Source of the DNA: Octopus sinensis
Lineage: Eukaryota
Assembly: GCF_006345805.1 (NCBI RefSeq)
Contig: NC_043006.1
Coordinates: 36,952,001 to 37,016,000, forward strand
Direction of reading: 5' to 3'
Length of the DNA: 64,000 nucleotides
Position numbers and translations under genes: made by a program. The notes below the pieces were generated by a model. The model made no database searches and was not told the DNA's origin. It worked only from the letters and a program-made list of their open reading frames with translations. Each line of letters begins with the position of its first letter. The stretch's first letter is position 1. Shown one piece after another: positions 39,001-52,628 of this stretch.

Positions 39001-39238
39001 CAATGATTCTCAACCATTTTTCACTCCTGGACTCCTTTTAATTTCTATTCTATCGAGTGGATCTCCATAGCCATTTGAAATTTAAAAAATCTAATTATAT
39101 TTTTATAATTAGGAATTATATTTAAAAAATTGTTAAAATATTTTGTGCATTGTAGAAAAATAACCAATTTATTGCAGATAAATTTTAACAAAAAAAAATC
39201 TTATTTGGACCCGCAAGGTTATAAGTTGAGAACCACTG
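39001..39238. mobile_element. hAT/Charlie-type MITE
   Basis: caatgattctcaacc ... gttgagaaccactg TIRs. Confidence 0.75.
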
Positions 39239-39512
39239 ATCTGGAGCAATGAAAGGTAATGTTAACTCCAATGAGATTTGAACACCTGACAAAGCAGGCT
39301 GCATCGAGATATTACAAAGCATTTGATCCAGTGATCAACTGTCTACTCCATTTTACCAAAAAAAAAAAAATCATTTCCTTTGAGACAGATTTTTAGAGAA
39401 GAGAGGAGAGGGCAATGTGATTGAATAGGCATGTACCATTCTAGAGATGGGAGCTGGGGTAGGTAGTATTAAGGATCTTAAAATACAAGGAAATGTCAAC
39501 AAAAAATAAGAA

Positions 39513-39728
39513 TAACCCCTTAGCATTTAAACTAGTCAAATCCAGCCAAAATATTATATGTGTTTTACATTCAAACTAACCAGATCCAGCCTCTCACATC
39601 TACCCTGCAATGTCATTCTAGATCTAAACAATCATATCATCGACATCTCAAAGCTGCAATAAATAGAATACGTGATTAATTCAAAACAATTACTTTTGAC
39701 AGAATAATGTTAAATGCTAAGTGGTTAA
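39513..39728. mobile_element. piggyBac-type MITE, reverse orientation
   Basis: ataacccttagca ... tgctaagtggttaa. Confidence 0.7.
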
Positions 39729-40912
39729 TTATCATGAACCAAGGAGGGAGAATCACTTGACCTGCTGAACATAGAAGCTAAACCTCCCTTGTGGTCATGC
39801 TGGAGCACTGTCTTGAAGAGTTTAGTTGAACAAATCAACTGCTATACTTAGTTTTTAAGACTGGTACTTATTCCGTCAGTCTCTTTTGCCGAACTGCTAA
39901 GTGAAGGGGACAAAGTCAATGACACACACACACACATTATATATATACACATACATACATACATACACAAACAGGCTTCCACACAGCTTCAGTTTACCAC
40001 AAGGCATTGGTTGGCTCAGGGCTACAGAAGAAGGCTCTCATCCAAGGTGCTGTGTAGTGGGAATGAACCCAAACTATGAGAATGTAAAGGAAGCTTCTCA
40101 ACCGTTCAACCATACCTGTGCCAAGTCATATATTTTTTTTGTACTGGTTTCAGTCATTAGACTGCAGCCATGCTGGAGCACTGCCTTGAATTTTTAGTTG
40201 AATGAATGGATGGACTCCAATACTTAACTTTTTTAAAGCTTGGTACCTATTCTATCAATCTTTTTTTGCCAAACTGCTAGGTTAGAGACAAACACACCAA
40301 CACCGATTGTAAAGTGGTGGTGGGACAAACACAGGCACAAAGAGACAGACACACAGATACATAAAAAGACATATATATATGATGGGCTTCATTCAGTTTC
40401 CGTCAACCAAATCCACCCACAAGGCTTTGATCAGCCAAAGGTTTTAGTAGAAGACACTTGCCCAGGGCACCATGCAGTGAGACTGAACCTGGAACCATGT
40501 GATTGAGAAGAAATTCTCTTACCAAGCAACCACACCTGAGAGAAGGAAAAAATGACGGATTATCCCATGACCATCACTTATCACTGACATTTTGTAATGC
40601 TTCCTACTAATCTAGCAACAGAAAAACTATAAGTGGAGCTAGGGAAGACAGCACGGGAAAAGAAAAGAAAAATTTGTGAGAAAAGAAAAACGGTAAGAAA
40701 TACAGTAAAAGACACATTACTCAAACACACACACATACACACACAAACACCTACACAGATACAAAGAGAGAAGTCATAAGACTGGGATTGAGAGAGCTTC
40801 CTTTCTAAATATAGAATAATGCAATCACAAGACATTTTTAAAAAGTGAGGCAGAGAGTCTTCTGCCTTGACGTTAATGTAGAATTCCCTTACACATACTC
40901 TGATATTTCTAT

Positions 40913-40929
<17 letters not shown>

Positions 40930-40994
<65 letters not shown>

Positions 40995-41308
40995 CAAACA
41001 AGCACATCACATATAAATAAACACAAGCAATATCATGTATATATCTATTTATATATGTGTGTGTGTGTATATATATAAACACACACACACATATATATAT
41101 ATATATATGCCTTTATTCTTTTGTTTTAGTCATTTGACTGCAGCCATGCTGGAGCACCATCTTTAGTTGAACTAACCGATCCCAGAACTTATTCTTTGTA
41201 AGCCGGTACTTATTCTATCAAACTCTTTTGCCAAACTGCTAAGTTACGGGACATAAACATACCAACATCGGTTGTCAAGCGATGGTGGGGGGGCAAACAC
41301 GGACACAA

Positions 41309-41364
<56 letters not shown>

Positions 41365-41484
41365 TATATATAGAGAGGAGAGAGAGAGAGAGAGAGATAC
41401 AAACAAGCACAATCACATATAAATAAACACAAGCAATATCATGTATATATCTATTTATATATGTGTGTGTGTGTATATATATAA

Positions 41485-41516
<32 letters not shown>

Positions 41517-41717
41517 GCCTTTATTCTTTTGTTTTAGTCATTTGACTGCAGCCATGCTGGAGCACCATCTTTAGTTGAACTAACCGATCCCAGAACTTAT
41601 TCTTTGTAAGCCTGGTACTTATTCTATCAAACTCTTTTGCCAAACTGCTAAGTTACGGGACATAAACATACCAACATCGGTTGTCAAGCGATGGTGGGGG
41701 GGCAAACACGGACACAA

Positions 41718-41750
<33 letters not shown>
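40930..41750. repeat. ~410-bp near-identical tandem duplication (microsatellite plus SINE A tail)
   Basis: Two units differing mainly by 1-nt indels (aagccggtac vs aagcctggtac). Confidence 0.85.
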
Positions 41751-43025
41751 TATATATATGCGTCAAACTCATACACATGCTTGTTTTGTATACACCTGTC
41801 TTCGTCTTTTTTTTTTCTTGCCCAAGGTGCTATGCAGTGGGACTGAACCCGAAACCATGTGGTTGGGAAGTAAGCTTCTTACCACACAGCCACCCCTGCA
41901 CGTGCACACGTATGTGTATGTGTATATATGTGTATAATAGATATACATACACACACACAATTATACAGATATTCATACATCTATTATCTACATATATGTA
42001 TAAGGTGCAGGTGTGGCTGTTGTGGTAAGTAGCTTGCTAACCAACCACATGGTTCTGGGTTCCGTCCTACTGCATGGCACCTTGGGCAAGTGTCTTCTAC
42101 TATAGCCTTGGGCCGACCAAAGCCTTGTAAGTGGATTTGGTAGACGGAAACGGAAAGATGCCCGTCGTATATATGTATATTTATGTTTGTGTGTCTGTGT
42201 TTGTTACCCCAGCATCGCTTGACAACTGATGATGGTGTGTTTATGTCCCCATAACTTAGCGGTTCAGCAAGAGATCGATAGAATAAGTACTAGGCTTGCA
42301 AAGAATAAGTCTTGGAGTTGATTTGCTCGACTGAAGGCAGTGCTCCAGCATGACCGCAGTCAAATGACTGAAACAAGTAAAGCGTAAAAGAGTATATTAT
42401 ATCGGAAATTATATATGTATGTGTGTGATAGTCACCATCACTGTTTTCTGTCTGCTTTCCTAGTTGGCAGCAGTAGGACAGGGTGACCTGGCCTAATTCA
42501 TTGTTACTGAGAGCCACTACTTCCCTTCCACTTATAACTTTTGAAATGTCATTTGGTTTGATTTCTGAGGCTGAATACTCTTTTGTAGTATATACATAAA
42601 ACTGACCTTGCACCACCATGACTAACTGACAAGGACCCTGATGAATTGGTCCAGTTCATTCTGTGTTGGCATGGTAAACTATCTAACACCCCCTGACTCT
42701 ATCAGGCATCATTGGATCAACCAACAGCCTACTCTATCTCCTCTACACTATTCCCTTGACATTACTCTTCCCCTCTCCCTGCTTTATTCCTGTCAGCCCC
42801 TGGGAAACTAAAAATGCTTCAAATATACTCCCCAAAAACTGGGTTTGCACTCTGCTAAGCAAATTTCGTTCCACACTTATGCATAAAGCATACACTCATG
42901 AACATTACATTTATATATAAATATATATATATATATATCTAATGTGTGACAATTATTTGGTTGCCATAATAAAACTCCAAGTTTCGGATGTCAGGGCGGA
43001 AGCTGTTTGATAAATTATATATAAT

Positions 43026-43079
<54 letters not shown>

Positions 43080-43196
43080 TACTAAGGGTCTACGGAAGCA
43101 CCTGCTTCACTAAATATAGAAGTCAAAATACTTCTAAGTCACAGAAGAATCACAAAATACAGGTAAGATAGGAACAAAAATTCTGGTGAACAAGAA

Positions 43197-43236
<40 letters not shown>

Positions 43237-43249
43237 AAATGGGACAAGA

Positions 43250-43540
43250 ACGCAAAACATCCAAACAGTTAGGTGATACAAAAAGGGACAACAAAACATT
43301 CAGATAGACGATACAAAGAAAACAAGGATGGGTCATTCAGAGTTCTCTTTCCTCAGTTGAGTTCCAGATTATCTTTGCAACTTTAGCTGGTTATACTCGA
43401 GATTGCTTCAATCTAGCCAGTCTCAAGGAAAAACTAAGCTAAGAGCATTAGATTCCCTGGAAGAAAGCAATGAATGTATATGAAAACAAGGATGGAGAAA
43501 AACAGAGAATGTTACACAAATACAAATAACAATCTTTATT
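43250..43540 (-). mobile_element. Unclassified repeat between (TA)n arrays, possibly Penelope-like
   Basis: Shares CTGANGA...GAATGAC-ttg/ttttc pattern with 57075-57170. Confidence 0.4.
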
Positions 43541-43668
43541 ATATATATATATAAATCTATATCTTCACTTCCTGAGCATTAAACTAATACATCTTTTTGT
43601 TGTCTACACCATCTCCCTTCGTCTTTTGTTTTTGTGTGAATTCTCCCCCTATCTATCTATGTGTATAT

Positions 43669-43746
<78 letters not shown>

Positions 43747-43832
43747 CTTGAGGGAATATATTCCTAACTTACAGGGAAAAATTCAATTTAGAAATACTAA
43801 ATCAAATTTCACAAAATATAATATATATATAA

Positions 43833-44128
43833 AAATTAGAAAAAACCCACCTTTTATCAATTCAAAAAGAACAATTAAATTACACCAACTAGAAAATTAC
43901 ATATAATAGAAATATTAAGAATAAAATAATAATATACTGATGATTAAGTAAATTGCAAAGTAATAATAAAAACCAAATATATACGTTTTTATTATTATTT
44001 TGCAATTTACTTAATCATCGGTATATTATTGTTATTTTATTTTTAATATTTCTATTATATGTAATTTTCTAGATGGTGTAATTTAATTGTTCATTTTGAA
44101 TTGATAAAAGGTGTTTTTTTTCTAATTT
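43833..44128. repeat. ~300-bp near-perfect AT-rich palindrome (~140-bp arms, ~12-nt spacer)
   Basis: aattagaaaaaacccacc...ttgcaaagtaataataaaaa / tttttattattattttgcaa...gtgttttttttctaattt. Confidence 0.9.
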
Positions 44129-44204
44129 ACACATATATATATATAATAGAGAGAGAGATACACATATATCTATATATATATATATTTATTAATAGTATAT
44201 ATAT

Positions 44205-44660
44205 ATATATCATCATCATCATCGTTTAACGTCCGCTTTCCATGCTAGCATGGGTTGGACGGTTCAACTGGGGTCTGGCAAGCCCGAAGGCTGCACCAGG
44301 CCAGTCAGATCTGGCAGTGTTTCTACAGCTGGATGCCCTTCCTAACGCCAACCACTCCGAGAGTGTAGTGGGTGATTTTATGTGCCACCGACACAGGTGC
44401 CAGACGAGGCTGGCGAACGGCCACGCTTTGATGGTGTTTGTTACGTGCCCTCAGCACGGAGGCCAGTCGATATATATATATATATTAATAGTATACATAT
44501 ATCATCATCATCATCATCATCATTTAGCGTCCGTTTTCCATGCTAGCATGGGTTGGACGGTTCAACTGGGGTCTGGGGAGCCCGAAGGCTGCACCAGGCC
44601 AGTCAGATCTGGCAGTGTTTCTACAGCTGGATGCCCTTCCTAACGCCAACCACTCCACTA
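44205..44660 (-). mobile_element. Young family D element, partially tandem-duplicated
   Basis: Two (CAT)n-cgtttaacgtccg starts; near-identical to 56640-57030. Confidence 0.85.
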
Positions 44661-45746
44661 TATATATATATTAATAGTATACATATATATATATAATATT
44701 AATAGTATACATCATATATATATAATATTAATAGTATACATATATATATATATATATATTAATAGTATACATATATAATATATATTAATAGTATACATAT
44801 ATATATATATATATATTAATAGTATACATATATATCTATATATATATATATTAATAGTATACATATATAGATATATATATATAATAGTATACATATATAT
44901 ATATTAATAGTATATATATATATTAATAGTATATATATATAATAGTATACAATATATATATATATAATATTATAGTATACATATATATATATTAATAGTA
45001 TACATATATATATATATATTAAAAGTATACATATAATATTATAATAGTATATATATATATATATATATAATATATATATTAATAGTATACATATATTATT
45101 CATAGTATATATATATATATTAATAGTATATATATATATATTAATAGTATATATATATCTATATATATAATAGTATACATATATATATATATTAATAGTA
45201 TACATATATATATATATAATATATTATACATAATATATATATTATAATATATATAGTTAATAGTATACATATATATATATATATATATATTATACATATT
45301 ATATATATAATTAATAGTATACATATATATATATATATTAATAGATACATATATATATATATATATATATTAATATATATATATATAATTAATAGTATAA
45401 CATATAATATATATATATATATATATATTATATAGATACATATATATCTATATATATTATATATATATATATAATAGTAACATTATATATATATATCTAT
45501 ATATATATATAATAATATTAATAGATACATATATATATATAATATATTATATAATATATATTAATAGTATACATATATATATATATATATATTAATAGTA
45601 TATATATATATATATATATATATTAAAGTTATATATATATCTATATATATATTAATAGTATAATATATATATATATATATAATAGTATAATATCTATATA
45701 ATATATATATTAATAGTATATATATATAATATATATAATATATATA

Positions 45747-45792
<46 letters not shown>

Positions 45793-45805
45793 ATATATAT
45801 TAATA

Positions 45806-45844
<39 letters not shown>

Positions 45845-45944
45845 GTATATATATATATATATATATATCTTATATTAATAGTATATATACATATATATAT
45901 ATATATATATAGATATTATATATATATATATTATATATAATATA

Positions 45945-45979
<35 letters not shown>

Positions 45980-46043
45980 TAGTTATATTATATATATCAT
46001 ATATATTAATAGTATATATATATCTATATATATATATTAATAG

Positions 46044-46095
<52 letters not shown>

Positions 46096-46100
46096 TAATA

Positions 46101-46167
<67 letters not shown>

Positions 46168-46198
46168 TATATATATCTATATATATATATATTAATAG

Positions 46199-46230
<32 letters not shown>

Positions 46231-46263
46231 TAGTATATATATATATATATATATATATATAAG

Positions 46264-46299
<36 letters not shown>

Positions 46300-46372
46300 T
46301 AGTAATATATATATATATATTATTATATATATATTATTAATAGTAATATAATATATATATATATATATATAT
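44660..46372. repeat. ~1.7-kb AT minisatellite, core (TA)n-TTAATAGTATACA
   Basis: Direct inspection; increasingly indel-rich toward 3'. Confidence 0.95.
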
Positions 46373-47030
46373 ACTCTTACTCTTTTATTGTTTCAGTCAT
46401 TTGACTGCGGCCATGCTGGAGCACCACCTTTAATCGAGCAACTCGACCCCGGGACTTATTCTTTTGAAAGCCCAGTACGTATTCTATCGGTCTCTTTTGC
46501 CTAACCGCTAAGTAACGGGGACGTAAACACACCAGCATCAGTTGTCAAGCAATACTAGGGGGACAAACACACAAACATACACGCACACACACATATATAT
46601 ATACATATATACGACGGGCTTCTTTCAGTTTCCGTCTATATTAGGAATTATATTGCTACTCTTTCACCTGTTTCAGTCATTTGACTGTGGCCATGCTGGA
46701 GCACTGCCTTTAGTCAAACTAATCGACCCCAGGACTTATTCTTTGTAAGCCTAGTACTTATTCTATCATTCACTTTTGCAGAACTGCTAAGTTATGGGAA
46801 TGTAAACACACCAACATCAGTTGTCAAGCAATGATGGGGGGACAAACACAGACACACAAATACACACACACACATATGATGGGCTTCTTTCAGCTTCCAT
46901 CTACCAAATCCACCCACAAGGCTTTGGTGCGTCCAAGGCTATAGTAGAAGACACTTGCCCAAGGTGCTACATAGTGAGACTGAACCTGGAACCACGTGGT
47001 TGGGAAGCAAGCTTCTTACTGCACAGTCAC
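46372..47030 (-). mobile_element. Two family A SINE copies
   Basis: Consensus body and tail matches. Confidence 0.85.
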
Positions 47031-47074
47031 TATAATATTTTGTGTATTGTAGGAGTATAACCATATGGCCCCAC

Positions 47075-47304
47075 GGGCATATGGCGTAGTGGTTAAGAGT
47101 GCAGGCTACTCACCCCAAGATTCCGAGTTAGATTCCAGGCAGTGACCTGAATAATAATAACATATAAAATGTACCTTAGGAACGAGAACCCAGGTTCGAA
47201 ATTTCCTCAAGACACCTGATGAAGACTTGAGGGTATGTCAGCTGAATCGTTGTGTTAACAACAAACAAAATGAGGACAAATATCCGTCAAATGTAAATAA
47301 TGTA
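47075..47304 (+). mobile_element. tRNA-headed short retroelement carrying a hammerhead motif
   Basis: A-box TGGCGTAGTGG (47082-47092), B-box-like GAGTTAGATTCC (47125-47136), (AAT)n, then HHR at 47212-47255. Confidence 0.8.
47212..47255 (+). ncRNA. Type-I hammerhead motif, copy C (core intact; stem II mismatches; ACGT>TCGT)
   Basis: ACAC CTGATGA A GACTT gagggtatgt CAGCT GAA TCGT T GTGT. Confidence 0.65.
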
Positions 47305-47736
47305 TAGCCAATCTATTGTGCATGAATTGTAACAGCAAAATCTTATATGGATCCCAAACAGCTATATGAATCCTGATTGAGAACCATTGTTCTTATGTGT
47401 GAAATAAGAGATCACTTACGTGTAAAACAGGTCAGGTAAGGATTAATGACAGGAAGGGAATTTGGCTGTGAAACAAGGTTTCAATGATATATTCATCTAA
47501 CTCATGCTAGCAAGGGTAAAATGGATGTAAAACAAATGAACTAATACATTGCATTAAATATATGAAAAGCTTTTTGTGTGTGACTTGGTAAGTTGAACCA
47601 TGGTTTTATTAGTCATCTTGAGTGCTTATCTAGTTGCAAGCAGGTGGACTCTCTCTCAGCTTTCCCAAGGGAACAATGCAGATAGGATGGCTGGAGGGAG
47701 AGAGGGAGAGAAAAATGGAGGGAGGGGGAAATAAAT

Positions 47737-47776
<40 letters not shown>

Positions 47777-50700
47777 CTGCACTCGCAATCAGCTAGTTTT
47801 TATTTTCAGTGGTGTAGACTGGAGGAGCATGAAATGAAGAGCCTTGCTCAAGGACACTTCATCTAGGAACTGAATCCATGACCTTACAATTTGATTGTGA
47901 GACTAATGCCCTAACAACAAACCATATGCCTTCATGGCAATATATTACCATCATCATCATCATTTAATGACCACTTTTCTATGCTTGCTTGGGTCAGATA
48001 GAATTTACAGAGGCAGATTTTACACAGCTGGGTGCCCTTCCTGTCACTAACCCATTTTCAAACAAGGTAATATTTTCCCATAGCTAGACATGTTTTTTTT
48101 ACAAAAGATTGGAAAAGAACAACCTTGTTTGTATAATAGTGATGCTCATATATAACCATCATGGGTACACAAACACACACACACACATACAACAGGCTTC
48201 TTTAATTTTCTGCCTGCCAAATTCACTCGCAAGGCTTTGATTGGTCTAGTGCTATAGTAGAGGTCATTTGCCTAATTTGCCATGCAGTGGGACTGAACCT
48301 GGTACCACTGGGTTGAGAAACAAACCCCATAAGCATGCCACCCACATACATTATATATCATTATAATTATTGTTTCTGTATTCTGGTATATAATCTCTTG
48401 GTTGGTTGCCACTATAGCATTTCTCCTGTCTTAATCCGTACCATAAATCCCAACATTCTCAGGCCTGATTTAACCAGATCAACTCAGTAATTCCTCTGTT
48501 CCGCCCATTACCAGGCTTTGTACTTTGCATCGTTGGTTCCCGGCAATTTTTCTTTTAACATACGTAACCGACCGTAACCAACTAAGCCACTGCCATCTAC
48601 ATACACAATAACCAAAAACCCTTTATGCACGACGCAGTCCAGTAACATTCCTGTCATTACACCTTACTTAAAAAAAAAGAAATATATAGCATAAGTGCAG
48701 GTGTGGCTGTGTGGTTAGAACCTTGCCACTTGCCCAAGTTTCCACGTGGTGTGTTCAGTCCCACTGCGTGACAACTTGGTCTTCTACTATAGCCTTGAGC
48801 TGACCAAAGTCTTGCAAGTGGATTTGGTAGATGGAAACTGCAAGAAACCTGTTGTGTGTGTGTGTTTGTTACTCCCCCTCCCGTACCACTGCTTGACAAC
48901 CAACGTTGGTGTGTTTACATCTCTGTAACTTAGCAGTTTGGTAAAAGACACAGATAGAATAAGTACTAAGCTTACAAGGAATAAGTCCTGGGGTCAATTT
49001 CATGGACTAAAAAACCCTTTGAGATGGTGCTCCAGCATGGCCACAGCCAAATGACTGAAACAAGTAAAAGAATAAAAGAAAAGTATGACACCTTGGGCAA
49101 GTATCTCCAGGCTGAACAAAGCCTCAGCAGTGAATTGGGAGATGAAAACTATGTGGAATCCCATTATATATATATATATGAATATGTGTGAGTGTGTGTT
49201 TGTTTGAGCCCTGCCCACCATTGCTTGACAACAAATATTGGTTTATTTACATCCCTGTAGCTTAGAGATTCAGCAAGAGACTGATAAAATAAGTACAGGA
49301 GATAATTTGTTTTGTTCAAACAAACCCTTCAAGATGGTGTCCCAGCATGGCCACAATCCAATGGTTGAAGTAAAAAAAAAAAAAGAAAACATGCTTATAG
49401 GAAAACAATAACAAAGGTGAAAAAAAAAACAGTGGATTATTGCATGAATGGTTGTATGGTAAGAAGTTTGCTTCTCGACCACATGGTTCAAGGCTCAATT
49501 CCATTGTGTGGCACATTGGACAAGCGTCTTCAACAATAGCCTTAGGCCGACCAAAGCCTCGTGAGTGGATATGGCAGACAGAAAGTGAAAGAAGCCCATT
49601 GCATACCGGTGCGTGTGTGTGTGTTTGTGTCTCCCCTGCCACCGCTTGACAACTGGATTTGGTATGTTTATGTCCCCATGACTTAGCAGTTCAGCAAAGC
49701 AGACTGATAGAATAGGTACCAGGCTTATAAAAAGAATAAATACTGGGGTCAATTCATTCGGCTAAAACATTCTTCAAGGCCACAATCTAATGACTGAAAT
49801 GAGCAAAAGATATGTCAGAATGCCTTTACAGAACAGCACTGACCAAGGGTTAAATAACTATTTTCTGGATTAGAAGAAACATGAGTCGCCAGATGTAAAG
49901 CGGTTCAAGTGTTCTGTTTTTATGACTGGGGTCACAGGCAGCTGATTCACAACTATTTGGACCAAGTCGATGTAGGCTTAGGTTACAAAGCGGTCAGGTG
50001 TTTCCGGAATTGTGTCTTCTTTTTTTCCTTTGCAGTAATTAAATTCATCTGATAAGAGCAACTGGAAACCACCTATTTTGGCAGGTTTTATTCTTTTTTA
50101 ACATTTTAACTACCAGCTTGAGTTAAAGGAGATCTGCAGTTCAAGTTCTACTTGCAGCTTTCCAATTTTTTTTTTTTTTTTCTGTCCAAGGTTTTTTTGT
50201 AACTTCATGTATTATAAGCTATCATTCACATGATCATGTGATCAACCAGACGTAAAATGAAGTGTTTTGCTCAAGAACAAAACAGTGCCCAGTCCAAGAA
50301 TTGAACCCATGACCTAGCAATTGTGAACACAGCACCCTAACAACTAAGCCATATGCCTTCATAAGCCATTATTAAAAGCCTGAATTTGCTTCAGGCCCTT
50401 CACCCAATTTCCTTCACTCACTGGTTCAATTTCCACTTATTTACTTATTTATCTTTTTTAAAATTCAATAAGGCACTAAAAAAGAATGACTCTCCCCAGA
50501 CACAATCAAAATATGCTTCAATACATGAATTCACACAAAGAATCTTGCAAACCAAATACAAAAACGAAATAATATTTGATTATAGAGATATTTTAGGATT
50601 TTTTAAAACATTAAATGGTTATGCATGTCCATCCAAGTAGAGTGGTGATCAAAGGGGTTCATAGGTAAGAAATGATTGAGAACCACTGATCCATACAATC

Positions 50701-52268
50701 AGCAAGATCCTCTTACTGTGGTGCTCCAGCATGGCTGTAGGTCAATGATTGAAACAAATAAAAAGATTAAAAATATAATTAAAAAACAGGCTACAAGCAT
50801 ATTAGCTACAACAAAAATGGTTACTATTTTTAACTATAAGTTATATATGCAAGACATACACAAGTACAGCTAGAGGCAGAGGAAAGGAAAACAGATCCCA
50901 TCTTGAGAGTTAGCTAGTAACTGATAGGTAGTTTGGTTTCCGTGGCATAGGATCTGTTATCTCCATTTTCTGTTTTAGGGTATACTTACAAATGTTTAAC
51001 ATATGGTAAGAAGCTTGCTTCCCAATCATGTGGTTTCAGGTTCAGTTCTGCTGCATGGCGCCTCAAGCAAGTGTCTGCTATTATAGCTCCTGGCTGACAA
51101 AAGCCTTGTGAGTGGATTTGTTTGATAGAAACTGTAAGGAAGCCTATTGTATGTACGTATACACGCATGCACATGTGTGTGTGTGGTGTGTATGTGCATG
51201 CATGTGTATGTGCATGCATGTGTATGTTCCTTGTGTTTGCATCCACTACCACTACCACCATATGACAGCCGGTGTTGGCTTGTTTACATCCCTGCAACTC
51301 AGTGGTTCTGCAAAAGTAATATAATAATTACCAAACTTTCAAACAAGAGTGAATTGTTTGATTAAACTCTTTAAGGTGGTACTCCAGCTTGTCCACCAGC
51401 TAATGACAGAAACAAGTAAAACATGTGTTGTGTATTTGTGTACCCTTATGTTGAAGTTATATGATGGTTGTAAATGATCATCGCTATCATACAAGCAGTG
51501 TTGTTCAGTTACAGTGTTCCATAAAAATATGTCTGGCCATGGGAAAATATTACCCTGCTCGGAAACAAGTGAGGGTTGGTGACAGGTAGAGAATCTGGCC
51601 GTAGAAAATCTGCCACAACAAATCTATCCGGCCAATGCAAGCATGGAGAAGTAGGAATTAAATAATGATGATACAGACACAAGCATGGCTATGTGGTTAA
51701 GCAGTTCACTTTGCAGTCAGGGAGTTGAAGGTTTGAGCCCACTATGCAGCAGCTTGAATATGTATTTGCTATAATCCTTAATGAAAAGTGTGCAGAAGCC
51801 TGCTGTGTGTGTATTAATGTTATTATACCATTTATCTTTATTTGGTTCTGTCATTAGACTGCAGCCATGCTGGGGCACCACCTAGAAGAATTTTCAATCG
51901 AATGAATTGACTCCAGTGCTTATTTTTTAAAAGCTTGGTACGTATTCTATTGGTCTCTTTTACTGAACTTCTAAGTTACGGGGACATAAACACACCAACA
52001 CCAGCTGTGGGAACAAACAAAGACACAAAGATATACACACACAACAGGCTTCTTTCAGTTTCCATCTACCAAAAACACTCACAAGGCTTTGGTCGGTCCA
52101 AAGTTATTGTAGAAGACACTTGCCCAGGGTACTATGCAGTGGGACTGAACACGGAATCATGTGGTTGGGAAGCAAGCTTCTTACCACTCAGCTATCTGTA
52201 AAAACAATTTAATATTAAATTACAGAATATCAATACATTTTAATGGGGTGCTTTGAGGTTTCGGTTTG

Positions 52269-52307
52269 CATCAGACTGATGATGGCAAGTAAGTTGAAAC
52301 TTTGATG
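52269..52307 (+). ncRNA. Degenerate hammerhead-like motif lacking the GUH triplet
   Basis: CATCAGA CTGATGA T GGC aagtaa GTT GAAAC TTTGATG; 7-bp stem I. Confidence 0.45.
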
Positions 52308-52628
52308 TCACTATCAACTTATTCTTTGTAGAAGTGTGTGTGTGTTTGCTTCCAGTGCCAAAAACAGGTTCAATGTCAGCCATGCCAGACCATCAGCACC
52401 AAAATAGCCACACCCAACCATTTCATTCTGACTTTTCCTTGGTAAGCATCAACATTGAAAACAGCATCTTCCAATGTTCCTGCTACTCTGCAAATGTATT
52501 ACAAGCAAGTGTGACCAACAGTCTTGGTAGATTCCTTTGGTCAACAACAACTCTGAGTGAGATATGACTCCCAGCTGTGTGAGCACTAGATAATTAGGGA
52601 ATGTTCGGCAAACTCATTGTGCTGAGTT

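Noticed and set aside
42290-42619. Protein-like 109-aa minus-strand ORF
   Set aside because: Weak acceptor, runs into microsatellite and SINE, no recognisable domain; possibly an old TE fragment
44242-44643. ORFs starting MLAWVGRF (also 20162, 34768, 56634, 18295)
   Set aside because: Antisense translation of the non-coding family D tail
47075-47150. tRNA gene call for SINE heads (here and families A, B, C, E)
   Set aside because: A/B boxes are present but acceptor stems do not close and they continue into repeat bodies
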